A DNA stretch of 64,000 bases from Candidatus Lernaella stagnicola (GCA_030765525.1 JAVCCK010000034.1:86126-150125); one strand, 5' to 3'. Shown: positions 11,501-19,013, counted from the stretch's first letter. A program made the numbers and translations. Notes: generated from the letters alone by a model not told the origin.

Positions 11501-13561
11501 TACGAGGAGACCGGCCAGCCCAACAAGGCGGTCATTCAATTGCTCGACCTCGCCGAGCAGCTTAGCGCGGCGGACGAGTCGGACGAGGCGGTCACGCAGC
11601 TTGAACGCGCCGTCGTCATGCAGCCGGGCAACGAGCCGGTCAACCAGCGGTTGGCCGAAGCCTACGGCGCGGCCGGCGAGAACGAGAAGGCGGTCGAGAA
11701 ATTCTTCCAATTGTATGAAATCGATATGGCGGCGCGGCGTCGGCGCGGCGCGGAAAGACACCTGCGCGAAATTCTCGAAATCGACCCCGACAACGCCGAG
11801 GCGAAAGAAAAGGTTTTCGACCTATTCAAGGCCGGCGTAACGCCGGAAGAAAAAATCGCCGATTTGTTCGAGCGGGCCGAAGAGTCGCTGGCCGGCGGCG
11901 ATATCAAGGCCGCCGAGCAGGCGCTCAAGCAGGCGCTCGTGATTGACCCGAGTCACAGCGAAGCGCGGGAACTGTTGACCCAAATCGCCACCACGCCCAC
12001 GCCGGAAATCGGCATCGAAGAACCGATCTCCGACGAGGTGTTCGACGTACAGGCCGTGAGTGACGAAACCGGAACCAGCGACGAGGAAATCGAAATCGAT
12101 TGGGGCGAACCCGAAGCGGCCGAAGAAGTGGCCGAAGAGATCGCCGTGCCGCACGCAGAACCGGACGAGGAAGTCGCTGCAGAGGGCGTGGAAGATGTCG
12201 ACGTGTTCGGCGACATGGCCGAAGGCGCACCCGAAGCCACGGCGGCGGAACCGGTTGCGGATGATGACCTTTCGCCGGAAGAGGTTGCTTTGGAAGACGC
12301 AATCGACCGCGTCGATTCGGCGTTGAGCGACAGCTTCGGCCAAGAGGGCGAGGAAGTGGAAGCCCCGGAAGAAGCCAAGGCTTCGGAAAACGTCGGCGAG
12401 AAATGGGTGGAGCGGCTCTTGCCGGAGACGGAAGAGGAAGCGACCCCCGAAATCTCCGAGGGAGAGTTTGCCGCCGCTGAGGAAGACATCGCCGAGATGG
12501 CCGCTCCTGCGGAAGCAGAGGTCGTCCAAGAGGAGTCGACCGACGAACTCACGCGGGCGATTGACGAATTCCTGGACGGCGCCACGCAGGAAGAAGAGCC
12601 GCCGACCAGCCTCGTGACGGAAGCGGAGCCCGAGACGGAATCGGCTGAAGATGTCGAAATGGTCGAAGGCCTGACGCAGGGCATTGACGATGTGTTCGAC
12701 CGGGAAGAGCCCGCGGCGGAAGCAGTCGTAGACGGCGACGAGATCTCCTCCGATGACTTCCTCGACGAAAAAGCCGAAGAAGAGCCCACCGAGGAAGGGC
12801 GCGTCGTCGAAGACTTCAAGCCGTTTACGGAGTCGACGCCGGAAGAAACGCTGGAGGGCGAAGTGGCTCCACCGGCGAGCGATGATGACTTCATGTCCGA
12901 TCTCCTGCACGAACTGGAGGAGGGGCAACCGGCGGAAGAAAAGCCTGCCGCTGAAGAAGCCGCGAGTGAGCCGCGCGACCTTTTCGACGAAGTGTTCGGT
13001 GAGGCCAAGACCGCCGCCGGTGCCGAAGGAAGCGGCGATGCTTTCGACGAATTGCTCGGTGATTTGGGCGAGGCGGGGAAGGCCTCCGAGGAAGACGACA
13101 TCTTCAAGTCTTTTGTCGAAGGTCTGCCGGAAGAGTTGCGCTCGTCCAATTCGGCGCAGACTCATTACGACCTGGGCATTGCGTTCCGCGAAATGGACTC
13201 GAACACCGAAGCCATTGCCGAACTCGAGAAGGCGCTGATCAAGGACGACGGTTCGCTGGCGTTCGCCGTCAATTACGAGTTGGGCCAGTGTTACGCCATC
13301 CTCGAAAAATTCGATATGGCCGTTGATTACTTCGAAACCGCGATATCGGCGGGCACCGACGACGAACAAGTCATGCTCGACCTCACTTTCGAATTGGCGG
13401 TCGCGCTCAAGAATATGGGCGAGTTCGGCGAGGCGAAAAAGTTCTTCGAGCAAGTCGACAAACAGTCGAAAAATTATCGCGGCGCCAAGGCTGAGATCGC
13501 CGAGTGCAAAGCCGGTGGCAAGAAACGCGGCGGGGACGACGATAACATCGGATACCTTTGA
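5540..13561 (+). CDS. giant (2673 aa) acidic TPR-repeat protein
   Basis: Single uninterrupted ORF, starting at TTG 5540 (GGGAG RBS 8 nt upstream) or the in-frame ATG at 5663. The whole length is built of TPR-like helix pairs (…ADYYLKRGDKLKALDQYLTVAETYAEKGFYPKSVAVYKQALQLQPD…, repeated dozens of times, e.g. …NEEAERHFARIIELDDADAEARAEL…). There is an E-rich low-complexity insert near aa 300-470 and an acidic disordered region near aa 2150-2530. The C-terminal TPRs end ...AKAEIAECKAGGKKRGGDDDNIGYL. Its stop overlaps the start of the downstream ATPase gene. Confidence 0.8.
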   Translation: MAKDKKGKKDGLLSKLKGSKQKKYDPELAELQREVQDDPANMRARRKLADYYLKRGDKLKALDQYLTVAETYAEKGFYPKSVAVYKQALQLQPDMIEIYLKLAGLYRKLGLIPEVVEQYHKAAAIYENQGKNREALDMRRMMLDLDPSNIMGRLKLGQKYLEGGFKTEASASFLRVAELFEQQGKTAEKQKLLEGVLDRGLEVFEILYKLVELYREQGHPELALARLAKLSGELAGSSSTLELTAEIAAELGKPAVAIKALERASELYRKIDRMDKVREVCERILELDVDNEYAVTRLSEIPSPPVSEDIELEPLPEMEEEEEFETITPPAAKVEKAVEEITIEDDELPLEEVSPEEEPVIEEVQIEDDLVIEEVALDEEQPVVEVEPVEVEEPEPAEIEEIALEEEPVVEEVAVEEEVAIEEVAMEEAELEEEPVVVEVAMEEEPVVEEVAAEEEVAAEAEEPVEEEAEEEGPDQIDLGEMSEEEAAERLDEAIDIYLKYNLRDKAVEYLNLALERNPSSLLVLEKLMTVHRDSGEDAKAEQILGELIEIAQKQQRVEKLEQYLTQMLEASPDDLDTALRLAEHYEETEPERAIVHFFDLANRHRDLENADEAELMLDRILAIDPEHEGAHRELLDIFEQSGQIDKAVEKLFALAEAARDSGDTESAENFLMRVLDHHSNEDRAQEELLALYDHAGATDKYADLLRRVADQNAQAGHYDRALEQYGQWLDLDEDNLEARERIKDLYLEKGDTDEAIGILIDIAERAADEHPTKAAEALREILSLDSDHVAARESLRDALLAAGDVAGAVNEMMTLAKAALENSEAEEALGHLDGVLGVDPRNDQALRRKISILRDLGREDEATELLFEIAAFAERSGDIDKAEATLREVLATDEHAIRARISLKDLFLNAGLEDKAVAELIDLAQTAEQTGDNDTALVYWGEISGLDPDNLDARKGIARLHLAGGDTDSAVSELLSVAGLQETGGDLDGAIETLRQALEYDEQNEVAASRLIELLLQTGQTEPAVELLMTEAAHARSAGRLPKARDSYERVIEHDGRNVEARRQLKEVYLGTGRQDRAIEQLFAMADLFKALDEPDNVEAALREVIELDGENTEAATALKDHYFASGQQAAGLDMLHDFVQKARAQREIEEAKTFAEEMLAVQSDDRRALIALAEIAVEENDTFAAVGRFRTLAGLALAENANEEAERHFARIIELDDADAEARAELKTLLLARGDRLGATEQLFALADLAGEGGDSDEALRYYREVLELDSRNETALENLVDIMVAAGDGDQAIEEMFLLAEIAREKTDFTRAERFLRQVLDVDGDNTQALEILSDVHIAGGETGQAVEELFRLVEAAENAEDYEHALGLVDRVLDLDEENINALGKKADLLDLLERHDEAVASLLQLAGAQRARELDDHAERALRKAQKLAPEDQGVHDALIDLLSGAEDTQPVIDELLRFNGAAIEDGDHDKATTVARRILDLNPRFERAHRMLIDALKAQDELEAATEALFALSDLQAEAGEQAAAEETIEEVLSLEATNQAAIDKLTMLMLDTGRHSEAVKLLLAFGDRLQRVEQFAEARTAFERVLDIEDGDAEALGKLKESYLVTSDMAEAVEILFRTVSAADSRHEEDLAFDSLREILELDERNIEAFEDLKARLFKADRVDDAVDLMLMADEKMPPVWDEDRRIDNLEEILETDEQNNEALERLADIFKRTDQADRAMDILFRLAELAEQDGDSEGAAGRLGDIIAIDGRNLRAHLRVANLYEQAGDEDALAARLLTIAHLQQDAGDLDEAAATLRRVQAIEKFEEKALRELDDLFGAAGDEQQRLEVRFELAAVYGRRDDVTEAEAIYLGILKQDTDNLLARDSVINLYAEHERGADAAAQAIVLADRARKAEDFDEAISRYEQVLFFDVDNTKARRHLKSLLVKTEQFGAACMQLRVLADAARDGDDLIAVEDALTELLQLQPDDLDVRRELVDLYEETGQPNKAVIQLLDLAEQLSAADESDEAVTQLERAVVMQPGNEPVNQRLAEAYGAAGENEKAVEKFFQLYEIDMAARRRRGAERHLREILEIDPDNAEAKEKVFDLFKAGVTPEEKIADLFERAEESLAGGDIKAAEQALKQALVIDPSHSEARELLTQIATTPTPEIGIEEPISDEVFDVQAVSDETGTSDEEIEIDWGEPEAAEEVAEEIAVPHAEPDEEVAAEGVEDVDVFGDMAEGAPEATAAEPVADDDLSPEEVALEDAIDRVDSALSDSFGQEGEEVEAPEEAKASENVGEKWVERLLPETEEEATPEISEGEFAAAEEDIAEMAAPAEAEVVQEESTDELTRAIDEFLDGATQEEEPPTSLVTEAEPETESAEDVEMVEGLTQGIDDVFDREEPAAEAVVDGDEISSDDFLDEKAEEEPTEEGRVVEDFKPFTESTPEETLEGEVAPPASDDDFMSDLLHELEEGQPAEEKPAAEEAASEPRDLFDEVFGEAKTAAGAEGSGDAFDELLGDLGEAGKASEEDDIFKSFVEGLPEELRSSNSAQTHYDLGIAFREMDSNTEAIAELEKALIKDDGSLAFAVNYELGQCYAILEKFDMAVDYFETAISAGTDDEQVMLDLTFELAVALKNMGEFGEAKKFFEQVDKQSKNYRGAKAEIAECKAGGKKRGGDDDNIGYL
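6440..6960 (+). repeat. in-frame imperfect tandem repeats encoding (E-E-V-A/P-V-x) glutamate-rich tract inside the giant TPR gene
   Basis: Nucleotide-level reiteration of gaagaagttgcggtggaagaagaggtcgc-like units. Protein reads PVVEEVAVEEEVAIEEVAMEEAELEEEPVVVEVAMEEEPVVEEVAAEEEVAAEAEE. Confidence 0.6.
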
Positions 13562-14493
13562 TGAACTACCTTGAGTTCTACGCGCTGGAGCGCGAGCCCT
13601 TTTCCAACGTGCCTGACCAACGCTTTTTTTGGAACGGTCGTTCGCACCAGGTCGCCCTGACCAAACTGCAATTCGCGCTCTCCCAACGCCGCGGCCTAGC
13701 CCTGGTCACCGGCGAAATCGGCGCGGGGAAAACCACGCTGGCCCGTCAACTCTTTGAGTCGCTGGACGACGACAAATTCTTCCGCGCCTTGCTCGTGGTG
13801 ATTCACGCCGAGGTGACGGCCGATTGGCTATTGCACCGGTTCGCTCAATTGCTGGGCGTCCCCGAACCCAAACACGGCAAGCTGGAATTGCTCGGGCAGA
13901 TATACCAACGCCTACGCGAAATCGACCGCGAAGATAAGACCGTCAGCCTGCTTATCGATGAAGCCCAGATGCTCGGCACCCGCGAACTGATGGAAGAATT
14001 CCGCGGCCTGCTCAACATCGAAATGCAGGGGCGAAAGCTGATCAACTTCGTGTTCTTCGGTCTGCCGGAAGTCGAACAGAACCTCACGCTCGACGAGCCC
14101 CTCCGCCAACGCGTCGCGCTGCGCATCGGCCTGCAACGCTACGACGAACACGACACCACCGAATACATCGCGCACCGCTTGAGAATCGCGGGCGGCGACC
14201 CGGAATTGATCAACGTCGACGCGGCCCGTTGCGTGCACTCTTTCAGCCTCGGTTCGCCACGCGTAACCAACGCGATTTGCGACAACCTGCTGCTGGAGGG
14301 TTTCCTCGATGAAACCCGGACGTTGACCGTGGAGATGGCGAAAAAAGTCGCCGGCGAACTGAATCTTCAACCGCCGCAACGGGACCCGCTCGCCGAAATC
14401 CTGGGGCGGCGACCGGGCAATCAACCGGCGCCGAACGCCGAAGAATGGCGCGAGGTTGACCTCGATAAACTGCTGAGTTTCCTCGACGAGTAA
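13558..14493 (+). CDS. ExeA/GspA-like AAA ATPase (AAA_22; general secretion pathway protein A-like / PEP-CTERM-locus-type secretion ATPase family)
   Basis: N-terminus is LEFYALEREPFSNVPDQRFFWNGRSHQVALTKLQFAL. Walker A is LVTGEIGAGKTTLARQL and Walker B is SLLIDEAQML. These match the typical ExeA/MshM architecture. The ATG at 13561 overlaps the TGA of the giant TPR gene (TGATG). Confidence 0.8.
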   Translation: MMNYLEFYALEREPFSNVPDQRFFWNGRSHQVALTKLQFALSQRRGLALVTGEIGAGKTTLARQLFESLDDDKFFRALLVVIHAEVTADWLLHRFAQLLGVPEPKHGKLELLGQIYQRLREIDREDKTVSLLIDEAQMLGTRELMEEFRGLLNIEMQGRKLINFVFFGLPEVEQNLTLDEPLRQRVALRIGLQRYDEHDTTEYIAHRLRIAGGDPELINVDAARCVHSFSLGSPRVTNAICDNLLLEGFLDETRTLTVEMAKKVAGELNLQPPQRDPLAEILGRRPGNQPAPNAEEWREVDLDKLLSFLDE

Positions 14494-14499
14494 TACGGC

Positions 14500-15390
14500 A
14501 TGGTCGAAATTTACGCGAAGACAGAGAAGCGGATCATCAAAGGCAATGACGGCACGCCGCTGGCCGTTTGGATCATGGGGGACGGGCCGGTGGATTGGGT
14601 CATCGCGCCCGGTCTCGGCACGCCGCACATTTCCTGGAAGTTCATTGTCGAGCGTTTCCAACACCAATTTCGCGTAATCACCTGGGACGCCCGGGGTACG
14701 TACTCGTCGGGCACGCCGCGCGACATGGATCGCCTGCGGGTCGAAGACCACGCTGCGGACTTGTTCGCGGTTGTCGATGAACTCGGTATTGACGAGTTTA
14801 TCGCCGGGGGGTGGTCGATGGGCGTGCAGATATCGCTCGAGGCCTTTCACCGGCAGCCCGAGCGCTTTTCCGCGCTCATTCTGCTAAACGGAGCTCCGGG
14901 TCAACTGCTTTCAACGGCGTACGGCGTTCCCGGTTTTGAGAAATTCGCCATTGCCGTTCTTAATGTCAGCAGCCGTTTCGGCTCGCTGTTCGGCCCGGCG
15001 TTTACTTGGTTGCTGACCCAGCCGTGGACGCTTTCGACCATGAAGGCGCTGCAGATATTTACCGACAACGAAGAGTATTTCAGAAAGATGGTCGGTACCT
15101 TCCGGGACCTCGACTTCGGCACCTACTTTAAGATGATGGTGCTCACGAACGAACACACGGCCGTACCATATCTACCGGAGGTCGACGTGCCGACGCTGAT
15201 TACCGCCGGCACCAAAGACAAGATGACGCCGCTGAAGACGGCACATTTGATCGTTGATACGATACCCAACGCGGAACTGTTCATTGTTCCCAACGGTACC
15301 CACTACACGATTGTCGAATATCCGGAGATCATCAATCTGCGCTTGGAACGCTTTTTCCGCGATCACGTGCCCGAAGCGAACGTGGACTAG
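14500..15390 (+). CDS. alpha/beta-fold hydrolase
   Basis: The nucleophile elbow is GGWSMGV (GxSxG). The distal segment reads LITAGTKDKMTPL...VPNGTHYTIVEYPE with the catalytic His. Total 296 aa. Confidence 0.7.
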   Translation: MVEIYAKTEKRIIKGNDGTPLAVWIMGDGPVDWVIAPGLGTPHISWKFIVERFQHQFRVITWDARGTYSSGTPRDMDRLRVEDHAADLFAVVDELGIDEFIAGGWSMGVQISLEAFHRQPERFSALILLNGAPGQLLSTAYGVPGFEKFAIAVLNVSSRFGSLFGPAFTWLLTQPWTLSTMKALQIFTDNEEYFRKMVGTFRDLDFGTYFKMMVLTNEHTAVPYLPEVDVPTLITAGTKDKMTPLKTAHLIVDTIPNAELFIVPNGTHYTIVEYPEIINLRLERFFRDHVPEANVD

Positions 15391-15414
15391 TCTCTTTTCC
15401 CGACTTAAAAAAAT

Positions 15415-15485
15415 AAGGACCGTGGGGGAGCACGGTCCTTCACTCCTTAGCTACTCGGTCGCAGGCCAAAATCGAATAGCTAAGT
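15415..15485 (+). terminator. two stem-loops downstream of the hydrolase gene (putative terminator / RNA structure)
   Basis: Hairpin 1 is ggaccgtg-ggggag-cacggtcc (~15417-15438). Hairpin 2 is ttagctactcg...cgaatagctaa (~15447-15482, 11-bp stem with 1 mismatch) followed by gtgttttc. Confidence 0.4.
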
Positions 15486-15986
15486 GTTTTCTCGAAAAAC
15501 GAAGCCAGGGACGCCGCCAAAAATATTAGAGGTTCCTTTTAGTCGGGTCGGCTTATATGTGAGGATCTCTTTCTGTTTATTGTTACAGAGCTTTGCCGAC
15601 GCCCCCAACTTCCATTTCTTGTTTATCAAAGAACACCTGCATTAAAAGCAAGGACAGTGCCAACGTCGAACCATCGTTGCAGGGGCAGCGTAACTAGTTG
15701 AAATATAAAGAATGTTACATGCACTCAGCGCACCACTGCGGACCCGGTCGACGCCACGACGCCGAATATTTGCGAAATCGGTTGAAAACAGTGCGGAAAA
15801 TCCAGCGGTCGCGCTGAAGATTAAGCGCGATGGACGGCCTCGGTGTAAGGCCATCCCCTACAGTGGGCCGTTTTTCGCGTCTGGAGCGACGCGGAATCTC
15901 GCGGGGAAATCCAGAAGCCGAATTGGAAACCGGTTGTCGTTAGACATGCGAAGCGGAGTCGAACGAGCGGCGTATCCTTACCCGTG

Positions 15987-16388
15987 TTACCCCATTCGTT
16001 CGGTGCGGTTCCGATCGTAGGGAACATCCGGGCGCTCGTGCCAGTAGCTTTCCTTTTGCGGTTCGATTTTGCGGTCGAAGAAGTCGATACGCAGCGCACG
16101 TAATACCAAGCCGACGGGTACGAACATGACAAGCCAAACCGAGGTCAACAGGATGCGTGTCACCACCCAGTTCAGCTTCATCGCCAACCACATCCAGCCG
16201 CGAAACACCGGCCGCATGAGCGGCTTCAGAAATAGGCCGACCACCAAAACGACAACCGCCGCGGCGGCCAGGTAGGGCCAGAATTCCCGCTCCCGATACC
16301 AGCCGAGCGCCGCAAAGCCGCCCAATAGCACCGCCAGGGCTAGGCTGAAGCTCCGGATGTCTTTGTTTTCGTCTTTTTTTCGTGCCAT
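15987..16388 (-). CDS. SxtJ-like small membrane protein (carbamoyltransferase-associated)
   Basis: 133 aa with three hydrophobic helices (LALAVLLGGFAALGWY, AAAAVVVLVVGLFL, LTSVWLVMFVPVGLVL). Placed 3 nt downstream of the carbamoyltransferase gene on the same strand. This size, topology and genomic context are typical of SxtJ-family proteins. Confidence 0.5.
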   Translation of the reverse strand: MARKKDENKDIRSFSLALAVLLGGFAALGWYREREFWPYLAAAAVVVLVVGLFLKPLMRPVFRGWMWLAMKLNWVVTRILLTSVWLVMFVPVGLVLRALRIDFFDRKIEPQKESYWHERPDVPYDRNRTERMG

Positions 16389-16391
16389 GGC

Positions 16392-18212
16392 TTAATCCGG
16401 ACGGAAGTGTTTGCGCCAGTCGAAGTCTTCTTCCCACTTCGGCTGTTCGGGTTTCAGGAGTAAAAGCGAGCCCATCATCAGCGCGTCCATTTCGGTGCGC
16501 ATGAAACAGCGGTAGGCGTCTTCCGGCGTGCGCACGATCGGCTCGCCCCGCACGTTGAAACTCGTGTTGATCACCAACGGCACGCCCGAGCGCTTCTCAA
16601 ATTCCTTGATCAACCGGTGGTAGGGCGCATTGACCTCCGCCCGCACCGATTGGATCCGTGCCGATCCATCCACGTGCGTGATCGCGGGCACTTCGCTGCG
16701 TACCACGCGAAGTTTGGCCAGCCCCTGCGTCGCCCGGTCCGCCTCGCTGACCGTTCGCCGCTTTTCGTCGGCCACTTGCGTGACCAGCAGCATGTAAGGG
16801 CTAGGCCGGTCGATATCGAACCAATCGCTGATATTCTCTTCGCATATCGTGGGCGCGAAGGGCCGGAAACTTTCTCGGTATTTGATTTTCAAATTCATCG
16901 TGCGCTGCATCTCCGAGTCTCGCGGATCGCCCAAGATGCTGCGCGCGCCCAACGCCCGCGGTCCGAATTCCATGCGTCCTTGGAACCAACCGAGTACTTT
17001 CCCGCTGTCGATCAACTCGGCGCCCTTAACCGGCACGTCGGCTTCACTGAGCTTGTGGAAGGGAATCTCGTGCCGTTTCAAGAATTCCTCAATGTAATCG
17101 TCGGAATAGGCCGGTCCCAGATAGCTGCCGCTTTGGGTGTCCTGACCGTCGGCCCGAACCTGACGCGGGCGATTCAGGTATTGGTGCCAGGAGAAAAGCG
17201 CCGCGCCTAACGCGCCGCCCGCATCGCCCGACGCGGGTTGAATCCACAAGTTTTCGAAGGGGCCCTCGCGCAGCACGCGGCCGTTGCCCACGCAATTGAG
17301 CGACACGCCGCCGGCGAGGCAGAGGTTTTTCTCGCCCGTCATCTTGTGGACGTGAAACGCCGTTTTCAGCATCACCTCTTCGGTCACCGCCTGCACCGAG
17401 CGCGCCAGGTCCATGTGAACCTGTTCGAGCTCGCTTTCCGGCAGGCGTCGGGGAATGCCGAAAAGCTTGGCGAACGCGCGGCCGGTCATGCGCAGGCCGT
17501 GCAGATACGTGAAGTACTTCATGTTCAGCTTGAAGCTGCCGTCGTCCTTGATGTGGATCAGGTGCTTTTTGATCAGGTCCACGAAGCGCGGTTCGCCGTA
17601 GGGCGCCAGGCCCATGACCTTGTATTCGCCGGAGTTGACGCGGAATCCGAGGAAATACGTAAACGCCGAATACAGCAGGCCCACGCTGTGCGGGAAGCGG
17701 ATGTCGGCGTGAATCTTGACCTGGTTGCCCTTCGCCGTGCCCCAACTCATTGTCGTCCACTCGCCGACGCCGTCAAAGGTAATGAACGCCGCCGATTCGA
17801 AGGGACTTGGGAAAAACGCGCTGGCCGCGTGGCTTTGGTGGTGTTCCGGAAACACCTGCGGGCCGTGGTAACTCAGTTCCCGCGCGATGACCTTGGGAAT
17901 CAACAGCTTCTGTTTCGTCCACAGGGGCATGGCCATCAGGAAGCTGGGCAGCCCCAGCGGCGCGACGTTGAGGTAGGTGCGCAGCAAGCGCTCGAATTTT
18001 AGGAAGGGTTTGTCGTAGAACGCGACCAGATCGACGTCGCCGATCTGGATTCCCGCCTCCTCCAGAAGATATTGCACGGCATGATCGGGCAGAGTGTGGT
18101 CGTGCTTGATACGCGTGAAGCGCTCTTCTTGCGCCGCCGCGATAATTTCTCCGTCTTTTACCAAACACGCCGCGCTGTCGTGGTAAAAAGCACTGATTCC
18201 CAGGATATACAT
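16392..18212 (-). CDS. carbamoyltransferase (NodU/CmcH/HypF-like family)
   Basis: MYILGISAFYHDSAACLVKDGEIIAAAQEERFTRIKHDH... and ...TSFNVRGEPIV... match the conserved N-terminal Kae1/YgjD-like and C-terminal carbamoyltransferase domains. Start refined to the Met at 18212. The ORF-track N-extension has no support. Confidence 0.85.
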   Translation of the reverse strand: MYILGISAFYHDSAACLVKDGEIIAAAQEERFTRIKHDHTLPDHAVQYLLEEAGIQIGDVDLVAFYDKPFLKFERLLRTYLNVAPLGLPSFLMAMPLWTKQKLLIPKVIARELSYHGPQVFPEHHQSHAASAFFPSPFESAAFITFDGVGEWTTMSWGTAKGNQVKIHADIRFPHSVGLLYSAFTYFLGFRVNSGEYKVMGLAPYGEPRFVDLIKKHLIHIKDDGSFKLNMKYFTYLHGLRMTGRAFAKLFGIPRRLPESELEQVHMDLARSVQAVTEEVMLKTAFHVHKMTGEKNLCLAGGVSLNCVGNGRVLREGPFENLWIQPASGDAGGALGAALFSWHQYLNRPRQVRADGQDTQSGSYLGPAYSDDYIEEFLKRHEIPFHKLSEADVPVKGAELIDSGKVLGWFQGRMEFGPRALGARSILGDPRDSEMQRTMNLKIKYRESFRPFAPTICEENISDWFDIDRPSPYMLLVTQVADEKRRTVSEADRATQGLAKLRVVRSEVPAITHVDGSARIQSVRAEVNAPYHRLIKEFEKRSGVPLVINTSFNVRGEPIVRTPEDAYRCFMRTEMDALMMGSLLLLKPEQPKWEEDFDWRKHFRPD

Positions 18213-18326
18213 TCCTGGCAGACCCCCTGCCGTTTGCCGGCGCATCGCCCCCCGGGGGCGCACGCAGGTTTGGACGGGACTTGTATCACAACGCGGCAAC
18301 TCCGGTCAATCGACGCGGCTTGTACG

Positions 18327-18356
18327 TTGACAACCTTCCCCAACAAATCCTATGGT
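18327..18356 (+). promoter_or_regulatory. sigma70-like promoter candidate for the Lys-rich lipoprotein gene
   Basis: TTGACA, then an 18-nt spacer, then TATGGT, located ~55 nt upstream of ATG 18410. GGGAGA RBS present. Confidence 0.3.
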
Positions 18357-18409
18357 GATTATCATCAACGCAACCGATTACCATTTTAGCTTGTGACGGG
18401 AGAAAGCCG

Positions 18410-18982
18410 ATGCGCGTCAAATCTATGTTTTTATTCGTGATTGTTATGGTATTCAGTCTTGCCCTGATGGCGAATTCATGCGATGTGGACACCAAGACGG
18501 TCAAATTGGGACACGTCGATAAAAGTCTGAAGAAATACAAGGATACGAAGTGGGACGGGCTCCAAGAGCAAAAAATCGAGTTCGCCGTCGGCACCGGTAA
18601 CAAGCAAGTGGATGATTGGTCCAAACAGGCTGCCGTATTTTACGCGTCGCTCGTGCAAGCCGAGCATGTAGTGGATGTGGCCGGCAAAAAGGCCGAAAAA
18701 CTCAAGAAGAAGAAAAACAGCAAAGCCAAGAAAGAAGCACAGAGAGCGGTCAACGAAGCCGAAAAGATTCTGAAAAAAGCGGCCGACAACGCTCCAAAGC
18801 TGATCAAGAACGGTGAAAAACTGGTTGCCGATTACAAGACGCTCATCAACAATCCGACTAAGTTGCCGGCGATCGGTAAAGCATTGATGGGCTCGCTCGA
18901 AAACCTGAAACAGGTGATTGACCGGGCGCCGAAGACCTTGAAGAAACTCGGGAAACTATCAAAGAAACTCGCTAAAATCTAA
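18410..18982 (+). CDS. lysine-rich secreted/lipoprotein, hypothetical (low-GC gene)
   Basis: Signal peptide MRVKSMFLFVIVMVFSLALMANSC. The mature part is strongly K-rich and predicted amphipathic helical (KKAEKLKKKKNSKAKKEAQRAVNEAEKILKKAADNAPKLIKNGEKL...). Local GC is ~48-50% versus ~63% in flanking DNA. Confidence 0.6.
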   Translation: MRVKSMFLFVIVMVFSLALMANSCDVDTKTVKLGHVDKSLKKYKDTKWDGLQEQKIEFAVGTGNKQVDDWSKQAAVFYASLVQAEHVVDVAGKKAEKLKKKKNSKAKKEAQRAVNEAEKILKKAADNAPKLIKNGEKLVADYKTLINNPTKLPAIGKALMGSLENLKQVIDRAPKTLKKLGKLSKKLAKI

Positions 18983-19013
18983 GTGGAAACAAGACCGCCG
19001 CTCGTCAAAGAGC

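Noticed and set aside
5945-13453. Numerous long antisense ORFs inside the giant TPR gene (e.g. 9716..11761 (-) 681 aa, 11822..13453 (-) 543 aa, 7097..8074 (-) 325 aa, 11953..13149 (-) Ser-rich 398 aa).
   Set aside because: They are shadow ORFs typical of high-GC, repeat-rich coding DNA. Their products are low-complexity (S/R/A-rich), have no RBS/start context, and are incompatible with the strongly supported plus-strand TPR gene.
15642-16437. ORFs 15642..15854 (-), 15712..16020 (+), 15821..16132 (-), 15940..16437 (-) around the SxtJ-like gene.
   Set aside because: They overlap the convincingly membrane-like 15987..16388 frame or lie in the AT-rich gap. Products are Arg-rich nonsense. I also looked for an SxtK/DUF5989-like ~50-aa ORF downstream of the SxtJ-like gene and found none.
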